This document shows positions 53,777 through 62,579 of a DNA stretch of 64,000 nucleotides, one piece after another. The stretch's first letter is position 1. Each line of letters begins with the position of its first letter. The DNA is from a virus, in the IMG/VR virus record IMGVR_UViG_3300043015_000560, positions 1-64,000 of that record; one strand, 5' to 3'. The notes beneath the pieces were generated by a model. That model saw only the letters and a list, made by a program, of their open reading frames with translations. It ran no database searches and had not been told where the DNA came from. The position numbers and the translations under genes were made by a program.

Positions 53777-55259
53777 ATTTTAGTTTACAAATGTTGCTAG
53801 GGTCTAGTTTTAATTTATTATTGAAGTATGCTGTGTAAAAAGCATTCGTCAAAATAGACTCTAGCGGTTCTAACTTACAATTGTTGGCCTTCCAATTATA
53901 TATGATGTCTGTATCTTCATAAGGATTAATGTCTGCTTCTAGTATTTCTCTAGCAGTGTAAACACACGGGAAAACATTTCCTCGCTTGTCTATGTAACAT
54001 TTATTCTCAATTTTAGATTTACATCTAACCTTCTTCTCAAATTTAACTTTTACATCTACATAGTCTGCCTCTTTAGGTTTTGTTTGTAGAGTATCAAGTT
54101 CTATTAACTTATAGTCTGGAAGTTCTTTAACAATTATTCTTTCTTCTTTAACTGGTAGTTCAGGTGGCTTGTTTTCAATAAAAGTAAAGCCACTGAATTT
54201 ATGTTTTTTGGATAACGCTCTTGCCTCTTCAATGTCATTATCAGATTGTGTGGTTCTAGTGTATTGCCAAAAAACACGAGCTCCACTCTTTAACAAGGCC
54301 TTTGCATTTGTAATTTGTTTATCAAAGTCTTTGTTATTAATGTCATCAATTGTAGCAGTGATGTTACCCATTTTTCTATATAGTATCCCGGTGCTACCCC
54401 ACCAAAATTCATCATGTGATGTTAAGTCTGTTAATACATCTACACTCACACCTTCAAACTCTAGAAAGTATTCAGAGATGTCGTAAAAGTCCTCACATAA
54501 ACTTGGCTCTTCTACGTCATTGGATAAAATTAACTTGGTCATTCTAGACTTTCCTAGAAAGTCCTTATTAAAGATCCTAACAACCTCATCATAGCTAAAT
54601 CCATTTACTTCCATTTCTATTTCAGAAGGCAAGTAAGGATACAAATCTATAGACCTATTATAACAGTTTTCTACGTAGCTGTCAAGAGTATGAGTGTACC
54701 AATAAGGAAAGGTAACGATATCATCTGTAAGACTAATTGGATAGTCTTTGTTTTGTGTATTTAAAAACGGAAGTGATGGTAGTTCGTTAACTTGAAACTC
54801 TTGTTTGAATTCGTAGTTATAAAATGTTATGTCTTGTTCGTCTCTATCCCATTTTTGTATCAGATTCTGTACATATTTGTTCTTATGTATATAATATGTA
54901 ACATTTTCGTCTTGCATTAAAACTTTATCAATACCACTGCCTTTGTACGATAAAAGGGCCATAGGATCATTTAATAAGACGTTTGGAGTAGTAAAAAGAC
55001 TAACTCCATTATCCTTGGTATGTTGTATTAAGTCTATTTCTAACCACTGCTTTCCATACTTTGGAACATGGAATTGAATGCCGTCTACAAAGCCGTCTCG
55101 CTTTTTAGTGCTATTGATATTGTCGAGTTCTTCCTGTGTAGTGAAAACAAAGAAGTCAAAAGGCTGCTCAATCAGGTTCTTTGCCTGAGTATAGAAATTG
55201 TTTATATGGATTTGACTGTACTTACTATCCAGTAAGTTTGCTATTAAAGTTAGCTCCAT
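53754..55259 (-). CDS. fusion of degenerate glycosyltransferase domain, degenerate radical SAM barrel and SPASM/twitch domain
   Basis: N-terminus aligns by eye with neighbouring GTs but lacks DLD; no CxxxCxxC; C-terminal C..CYIDKRGNVFPC...CKLKCG. Confidence 0.55.
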   Translation of the reverse strand: MELTLIANLLDSKYSQIHINNFYTQAKNLIEQPFDFFVFTTQEELDNINSTKKRDGFVDGIQFHVPKYGKQWLEIDLIQHTKDNGVSLFTTPNVLLNDPMALLSYKGSGIDKVLMQDENVTYYIHKNKYVQNLIQKWDRDEQDITFYNYEFKQEFQVNELPSLPFLNTQNKDYPISLTDDIVTFPYWYTHTLDSYVENCYNRSIDLYPYLPSEIEMEVNGFSYDEVVRIFNKDFLGKSRMTKLILSNDVEEPSLCEDFYDISEYFLEFEGVSVDVLTDLTSHDEFWWGSTGILYRKMGNITATIDDINNKDFDKQITNAKALLKSGARVFWQYTRTTQSDNDIEEARALSKKHKFSGFTFIENKPPELPVKEERIIVKELPDYKLIELDTLQTKPKEADYVDVKVKFEKKVRCKSKIENKCYIDKRGNVFPCVYTAREILEADINPYEDTDIIYNWKANNCKLEPLESILTNAFYTAYFNNKLKLDPSNICKLKCGACKNV

Positions 55260-56007
55260 GCCAATGCCTCAAAAGTTTCTCATCTTGTAATTCACTCATT
55301 TTAATCTGCGCCTTAGCTGCAGGGTCTGGAGTTAAGTCTGTATTAAACAAACAAACTTTATACTCCTCTCTATATTTATACTTCTCTTTATCCTCTTTAT
55401 GATGAGCTCCTCTATTATAAGAGTAAACCCAATCCCAAGGAATGTTGCCCCAGAACTTTTTTTGTCTCCAGTAATGGTAGTTATCTGATCCTTTAAAGAA
55501 TGTTTTAAATACTACATCTTGGTGTTCTAGAACATCGTAGTAAATTTTCTCACATTGACTCCCATTCCAACACATCATACTAGAATTAAAATAAGTTCCT
55601 CTAATATCAATAAAGAATCTCTCATGTTGTTGTCCGGGTGGTTGCCATTTAGATTCGATTATTCTAGGTTTGTTTGCTAGATTGTATAGATCGTTTATAT
55701 TGTTTTGAACAATAACATCTAAATCAAAGTAACACCATTTACCCTCATAGCCTAGCCACTTATGAGAGTTGAATACAAGGAACTTAGCACGATCCCAACA
55801 AAAGTTTTCCTTTCCAAACCAATAGTCTGGATGCAGTGGCTCAATATTGGGGATAGGCGCGGTGGCGCAATCGAGTCCTTCTGCGTCATCTGTAAAACAG
55901 GTAAAGGTGCAGGGTCGAGTATAGTGTCTCTCAACCATTGCCTTTAAATTGTTTACATATTCAGGAGAATATTTACTTCCCCATTTGATACATACGAAGT
56001 TCATCAT
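55225..56007 (-). CDS. GT-A fold glycosyltransferase
   Basis: KWGSKY, CFTDD, YFDLDV, FNSSMMCW, GSDNY, YSYNRG. Confidence 0.7.
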   Translation of the reverse strand: MMNFVCIKWGSKYSPEYVNNLKAMVERHYTRPCTFTCFTDDAEGLDCATAPIPNIEPLHPDYWFGKENFCWDRAKFLVFNSHKWLGYEGKWCYFDLDVIVQNNINDLYNLANKPRIIESKWQPPGQQHERFFIDIRGTYFNSSMMCWNGSQCEKIYYDVLEHQDVVFKTFFKGSDNYHYWRQKKFWGNIPWDWVYSYNRGAHHKEDKEKYKYREEYKVCLFNTDLTPDPAAKAQIKMSELQDEKLLRHWHGANFNSKLTG

Positions 56008-56623
56008 ATCTTTTTGCTATGTCCTCTTGAACTGATTCTTGTCCATTCAATAATGCTATTGTTGCGTCTTTTATTTTACCACCATCAAACCAAAATGAAT
56101 AAACCTCATTTTCGGGAAAGTGTTCAAATGTAAAACTCTCATGGTATAAAAACCTATCATCACCTGCATACTTTACCATATAGTAATCTTTATTCTTTTC
56201 CCAGTAATCATATATATGTCTGTTATCTTCCCACATCATCACACTAGAATTAAAATTGCTTAAATAATTATATGACCACCTACTGTCTTTGTGATAAGGG
56301 AATTCTTGAGGTTTCCAGTAAGTGTAACATATGATGGGGTTCTTGTCAAGCATTTTCCACAAATGTTCTATACCTTTTTGTATTCTAATATCTAAGTCTA
56401 AATAAAGAACTTTGCCTAAGTTTTCAAGTTTGAACAGTTTAACCTTTTCCCAATGCCCTTCAATTTCATGATCTATAGGTATTGTTGTTATATTTTTATT
56501 GAGTCCAATAGGATTATCAGTTACACAGACGCGGTTGTAGTCACCTGGAATAGAATTATAAATACGATTAACGTCCTCAGACGTATATTTGTCCCCGTAT
56601 TTTAATGTCAAAATTGTTTTCAT
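55973..56623 (-). CDS. GT-A fold glycosyltransferase
   Basis: KYGDKY, WEKVKLF, YLDLDI, FNSSVMMW, GDDRFL, YSF. Confidence 0.7.
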   Translation of the reverse strand: MKTILTLKYGDKYTSEDVNRIYNSIPGDYNRVCVTDNPIGLNKNITTIPIDHEIEGHWEKVKLFKLENLGKVLYLDLDIRIQKGIEHLWKMLDKNPIICYTYWKPQEFPYHKDSRWSYNYLSNFNSSVMMWEDNRHIYDYWEKNKDYYMVKYAGDDRFLYHESFTFEHFPENEVYSFWFDGGKIKDATIALLNGQESVQEDIAKRYDELRMYQMGK

Positions 56624-56640
56624 ATCAAGTTATATTTTCT

Positions 56641-56648
56641 TATAAATA
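56641..56648 (+). promoter_or_regulatory. T4-type late promoter for fibre/neck operon
   Basis: TATAAATA upstream of 56675. Confidence 0.8.
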
Positions 56649-56652
56649 AACG

Positions 56653-56681
56653 AGTATAAAAGGATAACCCGTAAATGGCAA
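56653..56681 (-). promoter_or_regulatory. possible sigma70-type promoter for leftward GT operon
   Basis: TTGCCA-17 bp-TATACT on minus strand. Confidence 0.45.
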
Positions 56682-57001
56682 CTGTTTCAAATTTAGTAAT
56701 AGATCAAGGTACAACTTTTTCTCTTACTATGCAATTAGATAACGAAGACGGTTCAGATAAGGACCTGACTAGTTATACTGTGAATTCGCAAATACGAAAA
56801 TCGTATTACAGTAATACTTATACAAGTTTTACAACCGCGAAAACAAATTTGACGGGCGAATTAACCATATCTTTAACAGCAGAACAGACTTCAAGTCTTA
56901 AAGCAGGAAGATATGTATATGATATTGAGATTTCCTCAAGTGCAGAAACATTAAGAGTGCTTGAAGGAATCGTAACAGTAACTCCAGAGGTAACCCGATA
57001 A
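56675..57001 (+). CDS. BppU-like virion adaptor protein
   Basis: IDQGTTF..DLTSYT..QIRK..ISLTAEQT..GRYVYDIEI..VLEGIVTVTPEVT. Confidence 0.7.
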   Translation: MATVSNLVIDQGTTFSLTMQLDNEDGSDKDLTSYTVNSQIRKSYYSNTYTSFTTAKTNLTGELTISLTAEQTSSLKAGRYVYDIEISSSAETLRVLEGIVTVTPEVTR

Positions 57002-57234
57002 TGGCTATCAAGATAACTATACCAAGTAGTGGATCTTCAAACCGAGTAATTACTAACACCACCAAAAACTCTAAACAGGTGACCAGTGCTAAAGTAGAAC
57101 AGCTCGCGAATATCGACATATCGAATGGTTTACAGGATGGTTATACACTGGTATATGATGAGCCTACGGGCAAGTGGGTAGCACAAAATATCGAAGCAGG
57201 ACAATTGGAAAGCTTAGATGGTGGTACTTATTAA
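57001..57234 (+). CDS. small fibre adaptor ending in LDGGTY
   Basis: DGYTLVYDEPTGKW and terminal DGG motif. Confidence 0.6.
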   Translation: MAIKITIPSSGSSNRVITNTTKNSKQVTSAKVEQLANIDISNGLQDGYTLVYDEPTGKWVAQNIEAGQLESLDGGTY

Positions 57235-57286
57235 GAGTTTTAATTTATATTATAAAATTACAAACAAACATTCTAGGAGATAATAA

Positions 57287-58819
57287 ATGGCAACAGTAAT
57301 TCAAATTAAAAGAAGTACCGCAGCTACAGCCCCTACAACATCGGATCTAAACGAAGGCGAACTGGCGTATAGCCAGGATAAAGCCAACTCAGGTGATTCC
57401 GCGATTCTTTATATTGAATCGGTTGATTCCTCAAATCAACAGGTTGTACATAAAATCGGTGGTAAATTTTACACCGATATCGTAGACGGTGCCTCTTCTT
57501 CTAACACAGCTTCACAGCTTGTTAAGAGAGACGCAAGTGGAGATTTCTCTGCAGGAACAATTACAGCTGATCTTACAGGTAACGTAACAGGAGATTTAAC
57601 CGGAGATGTCACAGGTGACGTAACAGGCGACCTTACTGGTAACGTAACGGGTAATGTCACAGGTGACGTAACAGGCGATGTAACCGGCGATATCACTGGT
57701 GCAGTAACAGGTAACGTAACAGGTGATGTAACTGGTGACCTTACAGGTAATGTAACAGGTAACGTAACAGGTGATGTAACTGGTGACCTTACAGGTAACG
57801 CAGATACAGCAACAACAGCAGCGGCACTAACAACAGCTAGAGCAATTGCTCTTACAGGTGACGTAACAGGTACAGTAAATTTTGACGGTTCAGGCGATGT
57901 AAGTATTGCAACTACAATGGCAGCAGACGCTATTGCACTTGGTACAGACACTACAGGTAACTATGTTGCCACAGTAGCAGACGCAGGAAGCGGCAACCTT
58001 ACAGTAACTGGCTCAGGTTCTGAAACAGCAGGTGTAACACTTGATCTTTCTAACTCAGGCGTATCCGCAGGTTCATACGGTTCTACAACAGCAGTTCCTG
58101 TTTTAACAGTAGACGCTAAAGGTAGGGTCACTGCTGCAACTACAGCAGCAATTGCAACATCATTTGATATTGCAGCGGACAGTGGAACAAATGATACAGT
58201 AGCTGGTGGCGAAACACTTACTTTTGCTGGTACAGCTAACGAAGTAACAACAACCGTATCAGACAATCAAATTCAAGTTGGACTAGCAACAAACCCAACA
58301 ATTGGCGGTAACCTAACTGTATCTGGTAACTTAACAGTTTCTGGAACTACAACACAGGTTAACTCTCAGACATTGACAGTTAATGATCCATTATTTAAAG
58401 TAGCAACTGGCAACTCTAGTGACGCTTTAGACATTGGTTTTTATGGTATCTTTAACGACGGCGCTGACAAATACTCTGGTTTATTCAGAGATGCTAATGA
58501 CGGTAAATACAAAATGTTTACTGGCTCTAGCGTTGAGCCTACAACAACTGTTGACACTACAGCAAGTGGCTATTCCGTAGCAACATTGGTTGCCAACATT
58601 GAAGGCAACGTAACAGGCGGAACTATTTCTGGACTATCAGCAGCGATTGGTGTTGCAGACGGTGGTACTGGCGCAAGCACTTTTACTTCAAACGGTATCG
58701 TTTATGGTAACGGAACTAGCGCTCTACAAGTAACAGCAGCAGGCACAGAAGGGCAACTGTTAATGGCAGATGCTAGCGGCACGCCTGTTTGGGCAACACT
58801 AGACGGCGGTACGTTCTAG
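57287..58819 (+). CDS. tail/neck fibre protein
   Basis: N-terminal IQIKRS..P..L..GELAY (Mtd_N-like), VTGD/VTGN repeats, terminal LDGGTF. Confidence 0.8.
   Translation: MATVIQIKRSTAATAPTTSDLNEGELAYSQDKANSGDSAILYIESVDSSNQQVVHKIGGKFYTDIVDGASSSNTASQLVKRDASGDFSAGTITADLTGNVTGDLTGDVTGDVTGDLTGNVTGNVTGDVTGDVTGDITGAVTGNVTGDVTGDLTGNVTGNVTGDVTGDLTGNADTATTAAALTTARAIALTGDVTGTVNFDGSGDVSIATTMAADAIALGTDTTGNYVATVADAGSGNLTVTGSGSETAGVTLDLSNSGVSAGSYGSTTAVPVLTVDAKGRVTAATTAAIATSFDIAADSGTNDTVAGGETLTFAGTANEVTTTVSDNQIQVGLATNPTIGGNLTVSGNLTVSGTTTQVNSQTLTVNDPLFKVATGNSSDALDIGFYGIFNDGADKYSGLFRDANDGKYKMFTGSSVEPTTTVDTTASGYSVATLVANIEGNVTGGTISGLSAAIGVADGGTGASTFTSNGIVYGNGTSALQVTAAGTEGQLLMADASGTPVWATLDGGTF
57571..57800 (+). repeat. 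(V/L)TG(D/N) tetrapeptide coding repeat
   Basis: 12-nt period acaggtgacgta/acaggtaacgta; bounds approximate. Confidence 0.85.
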
Positions 58820-58842
58820 AATAATTAATTAAAGGAAATATT

Positions 58843-59085
58843 ATGAGTGAACAAAATCCAAATAATGTAGTTGACGAATATATTGCATTACTAAGTGCAA
58901 AACTTAACGAAACAACGCAAGAAAATCTCGTTCTAAAAGCTAGAATGAATATCTTACAAAAAGAACGAGATGCTCTTACGGCTCAGTTAGAAGAGTTAAA
59001 CATACAGGAGAAAGAGGAAGATGGTAGACACAGTAATCAAACTGAAGAGGTCGGAAACAGCTTCGGCGGTGCCCACGCAGGCTAA
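58843..59085 (+). CDS. small coiled-coil protein (possible fibre chaperone)
   Basis: Heptad-rich LSAKLNE..ENLVLKAR..LQKE. Confidence 0.6.
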   Translation: MSEQNPNNVVDEYIALLSAKLNETTQENLVLKARMNILQKERDALTAQLEELNIQEKEEDGRHSNQTEEVGNSFGGAHAG

Positions 59086-59332
59086 CTTAGAAGTTGGTGA
59101 GGTTGCTCTAAATTTAGCAGACAAGATACTTTATACAAAGAATACCGACGGTGCGGTTGTAGCAGTATCTAACTATGTTGTAGGAGATGCCAACTTGGTG
59201 TTCCCAACAGGTGATTACGGCGACATGACTGCATCAAGTGTAGATGCTTTTGGTGTTGCAACTGAAAGATCTTATGATTGCCGAACTGCTCCTCCTGGAA
59301 TACTTATAACTGAAGATTTCGGAACACTTTAA
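59021..59332 (+). CDS. Mtd_N-like adaptor protein
   Basis: IKLKRS..VP..LEVGEVALNLADKILY; terminal EDFGTL. Confidence 0.65.
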   Translation: MVDTVIKLKRSETASAVPTQANLEVGEVALNLADKILYTKNTDGAVVAVSNYVVGDANLVFPTGDYGDMTASSVDAFGVATERSYDCRTAPPGILITEDFGTL

Positions 59333-59355
59333 TTCAAAATCTAGGAGTATAACCA

Positions 59356-59610
59356 ATGACAACTCAAGTACAATTTAGAAGAGGTACTACAGCAGAAAAC
59401 AATAATTTCACTGGCTTAGCCGGAGAGGTTACAGTTAATACTGGTAACTATGCTATGAGAGTTCACGATGGTGCTACTCAAGGCGGTCACGAATTGATGC
59501 TAGCTTCGGCTTCTAATATTTCAGGTAACATACCCTTTACAAATATTAGTGGTACGGTAGAAGCAGATACCCTCGCTGACGGCTCTACATTAGACGGCGG
59601 AACATATTAA
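59356..59610 (+). CDS. stand-alone Mtd_N/hyaluronidase-N-like adaptor
   Basis: QVQFRRGTT..FTGLAGEVT..RVHDGATQGG; terminal LDGGTY. Confidence 0.65.
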   Translation: MTTQVQFRRGTTAENNNFTGLAGEVTVNTGNYAMRVHDGATQGGHELMLASASNISGNIPFTNISGTVEADTLADGSTLDGGTY

Positions 59611-59629
59611 ATAATTTAGGAGATTAGAA

Positions 59630-61594
59630 ATGCCAACACAGGTACAATTTAGACGTGGAACTGAAGCACAAAACAATGCTTTTACTGGTGCCGCCGGTGA
59701 ACTTTCCTTCGATACAGAGAACTCAGAACTCCGTGTCCATGATGGAAGCACACAAGGTGGATATGTAATAGCAAAAGACTCAGCAGTTCCCACAACATCA
59801 GATGACCTTACAGAAGGGTCAACAAATCTATTTTCAACGAACGAACGTATTGACGATAGAGTAGCTGCTCTTTTAGCAGCAGGCACCGGCATCACATTGT
59901 CTTATGACGATGATGCTGGAACATTAACAATTAACGGACAATCTGGAGACATTACAGGCGTTACAGCAGGTAATGGTTTGACAGGTGGCGGTGAGTCTGG
60001 ACTAGTAGAAGTTAATGTTGTCGGAGGAACAGGTATCAGTGTAAATGCAGATAGCATTACTGTTGATATGACGGACTTCAGCACTGACGACTTAGCAGAA
60101 GGTTCAACCAAGCTTTACTATACAGATGCTAGAGCACAAGCAGCCATTAGTGGCGGCACAGGTGTTACAGTAACATCTGGTTCAGTAGCAATTGGACAAG
60201 CAGTAGATACTACATCTAACCCAACTTTTGCAGGTGCTACATTTACAACAGACGTTGAAATGCAAGGCGATATTATCCCAGATACAGATAATACACATAG
60301 TCTTGGTAGCACAACAAAACAATGGAGGGACGTATACGTAGGTCCTGGTTCATTATATGTAAACGGACAACAGGTTGTTTCTGATAACTCAGGTACAATC
60401 ACTGTTTCTGCAGATGCAAACCAAAACCTATCACTTCAAACAAGTGGTTCAGGCGATGTAGAGTTAGATGCAACTGGATCAGGTGTTATTGCAATTAAAG
60501 GACCTCTTCAACTAGAAGACGGTATTAATATTACAAACAGCGCCGGCAACGCAATTGCATTCACAAACCCAATCAACGTTGATTCGCTTGAATCTAAAAC
60601 AGCAGATACAGACTTAACACTTACTGGTAAAGGTACAGGTAAAGTTTATGTCAATGATAATTTAGAAGCAACAGGCAACGTGGTGATTGGTGGAGACTTA
60701 ACAGTTTCTGGAACTACAACAACTGTCAACTCTGAAACAATTAGTTTGGCTGATAACATTATCGACTTAAACAGCAACTTTACTTCTGGAACTCCTAGTG
60801 AGAATGCAGGAATTAGAGTTCTTCGAGGAGATTCGACAGCAGTACAACTTAAATGGGTTGAAGCAGTTGATCAGTGGCAGTTTACAAACAACGGCTCTGA
60901 CTATTCAGAAATGGTTGGCGCAGACACAACACAAACATTAACAAACAAAACAATTAGCGGTTCGGATAACACATTATCTAATATTGCCAACGGCTCTTTG
61001 TCTAACTCAGAAATTACAATTAACGGTGTAGCTACAGCGTTAGGCGGAACTAGAACTTTAGACACAGATGACTTAGCTGAAGGCTCCAACTTGTTCTACA
61101 CAGATGCAAGAGCAAATGCTCGAGTAGCTGCGGCAACAGGTGCCAACTTAGATCTAAGTAGCAAAGACACTGCAGACTTGGCTGAAGGTACAAGTTTATA
61201 CTTTACTGACGCAAGAGCAAGAGCAGCAATTAGCGCTACAGGCGATGTAAGTTATAATAGTGGAACAGGTGTTATTAGCTTTAATGAGTCGTATTCTACT
61301 CCTTCAGAACTACTGACAGCTATTAAAACAGTTGACGGTGCAGGTTCAGGATTAGATTCCGCTTTACTAGAAGGAAATGCAGCATCGTTCTTTACTAATG
61401 CTTCTAACATGGTTAGCGGTACTCTTCCAAGTGCTAGACTTCCAGAATTAACAGTAGCTGACTTTGCTGGAGCGGCGATTCTAAATAGCTCAGAAACATT
61501 TGCTAGTAACGATACTTCATTGTTAACAGCATCTGCTATTGAGAACAGATATAGAATCGACATATATAATACTAGTGGAACACTGCTTAACTAA
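59630..61594 (+). CDS. tail/neck fibre protein
   Basis: QVQFRRGT..RVHDG N-terminus, repeated TDDLxEGSxxLY(F)TxxR modules, terminal IYNTSGTLLN. Confidence 0.8.
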   Translation: MPTQVQFRRGTEAQNNAFTGAAGELSFDTENSELRVHDGSTQGGYVIAKDSAVPTTSDDLTEGSTNLFSTNERIDDRVAALLAAGTGITLSYDDDAGTLTINGQSGDITGVTAGNGLTGGGESGLVEVNVVGGTGISVNADSITVDMTDFSTDDLAEGSTKLYYTDARAQAAISGGTGVTVTSGSVAIGQAVDTTSNPTFAGATFTTDVEMQGDIIPDTDNTHSLGSTTKQWRDVYVGPGSLYVNGQQVVSDNSGTITVSADANQNLSLQTSGSGDVELDATGSGVIAIKGPLQLEDGINITNSAGNAIAFTNPINVDSLESKTADTDLTLTGKGTGKVYVNDNLEATGNVVIGGDLTVSGTTTTVNSETISLADNIIDLNSNFTSGTPSENAGIRVLRGDSTAVQLKWVEAVDQWQFTNNGSDYSEMVGADTTQTLTNKTISGSDNTLSNIANGSLSNSEITINGVATALGGTRTLDTDDLAEGSNLFYTDARANARVAAATGANLDLSSKDTADLAEGTSLYFTDARARAAISATGDVSYNSGTGVISFNESYSTPSELLTAIKTVDGAGSGLDSALLEGNAASFFTNASNMVSGTLPSARLPELTVADFAGAAILNSSETFASNDTSLLTASAIENRYRIDIYNTSGTLLN

Positions 61595-61608
61595 ATTAGG
61601 GTAAATGT

Positions 61609-62577
61609 ATGGCTTTATCAACACGACAGGAACTTATAGATTATTGTCTTAGACGATTAGGGTTTCCAGTCATAGAGATTAACGTTGACGAAGACCAAGT
61701 CAACGATCGCATCGACGATGCCATACAACTCTGGCAGGAATATCATTTCGATGGTGTTGAAAGAACTTATGTTCAACACCAAGTCACAGGTAGCAGTTTA
61801 AGGATTGCTACATCTATTGCAGGTAGTTTTCAAAAGGGCGAGAAATTAACTGGCGGAACTTCTGGGGCTACAACTGTAGTCTCTTCCGGAGCGCTTAATA
61901 CTATTACAGTAGAAAAGATTTCTGGAACTTTTGTGGGCGGAGAACAAATTACCGGCTCACAATCAGGACTAGTTGCAACTCTTCAGAGCACAGACTTCTA
62001 CTCCGCAGGTGATATAGAAAACGGTTGGGTTCCTATCAGTAACGGAATTACTGGTATTATTAGAATGTTCAACTTTGGTGGTGCAGCACAGTCTAACACT
62101 AAAGATGGAACATTGTTTGATTTAATGTATCAATTTAGGCAAAATGATCTTTATAACCTAATGGGTGCAGACATGACATACTATTCAATGGTACAGTCTC
62201 ACCTAACGACTCTAGAACAACTACTTGTAACTCAAAGACAAATACGTTGGAATAGAAAAACAAATAGATTATATATTGATACGGATTGGGATAGAACCTT
62301 CAATCCAGGTGATTACATTGTGGCAGAGGCATATGCTATTGTTGACCCCGCAACGTATTCAGAGGTTTATGATGATATGTTTTTGAAAAAATATGCTACT
62401 GCTCTTATCAAAAGACAGTGGGGAGAAAACATGAAGAAGTTTGGAGGCATAGCACTACCTGGAGGAGTTACTTTAAACGGTGACCAAATCTTTCAAGAAG
62501 CAATCACTGATATCAATAATATTGAAGATGAGATGCAGAGAAGATATGAGTTACCCCCTAGCTTCTACGTGGGGTAA
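61609..62577 (+). CDS. gp13: neck protein
   Basis: RQELIDYCLRRLGFPVIEINVDEDQ, EYHFDG, ALIKRQWGENMKKFGGIALPGGVTLNG. Confidence 0.95.
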   Translation: MALSTRQELIDYCLRRLGFPVIEINVDEDQVNDRIDDAIQLWQEYHFDGVERTYVQHQVTGSSLRIATSIAGSFQKGEKLTGGTSGATTVVSSGALNTITVEKISGTFVGGEQITGSQSGLVATLQSTDFYSAGDIENGWVPISNGITGIIRMFNFGGAAQSNTKDGTLFDLMYQFRQNDLYNLMGADMTYYSMVQSHLTTLEQLLVTQRQIRWNRKTNRLYIDTDWDRTFNPGDYIVAEAYAIVDPATYSEVYDDMFLKKYATALIKRQWGENMKKFGGIALPGGVTLNGDQIFQEAITDINNIEDEMQRRYELPPSFYVG

Positions 62578-62579
62578 GC

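Noticed and set aside
57287-61594. Diversity-generating retroelement suggested by Mtd_N-like domains
   Set aside because: No reverse transcriptase, and I saw no template/variable repeat pair in the window
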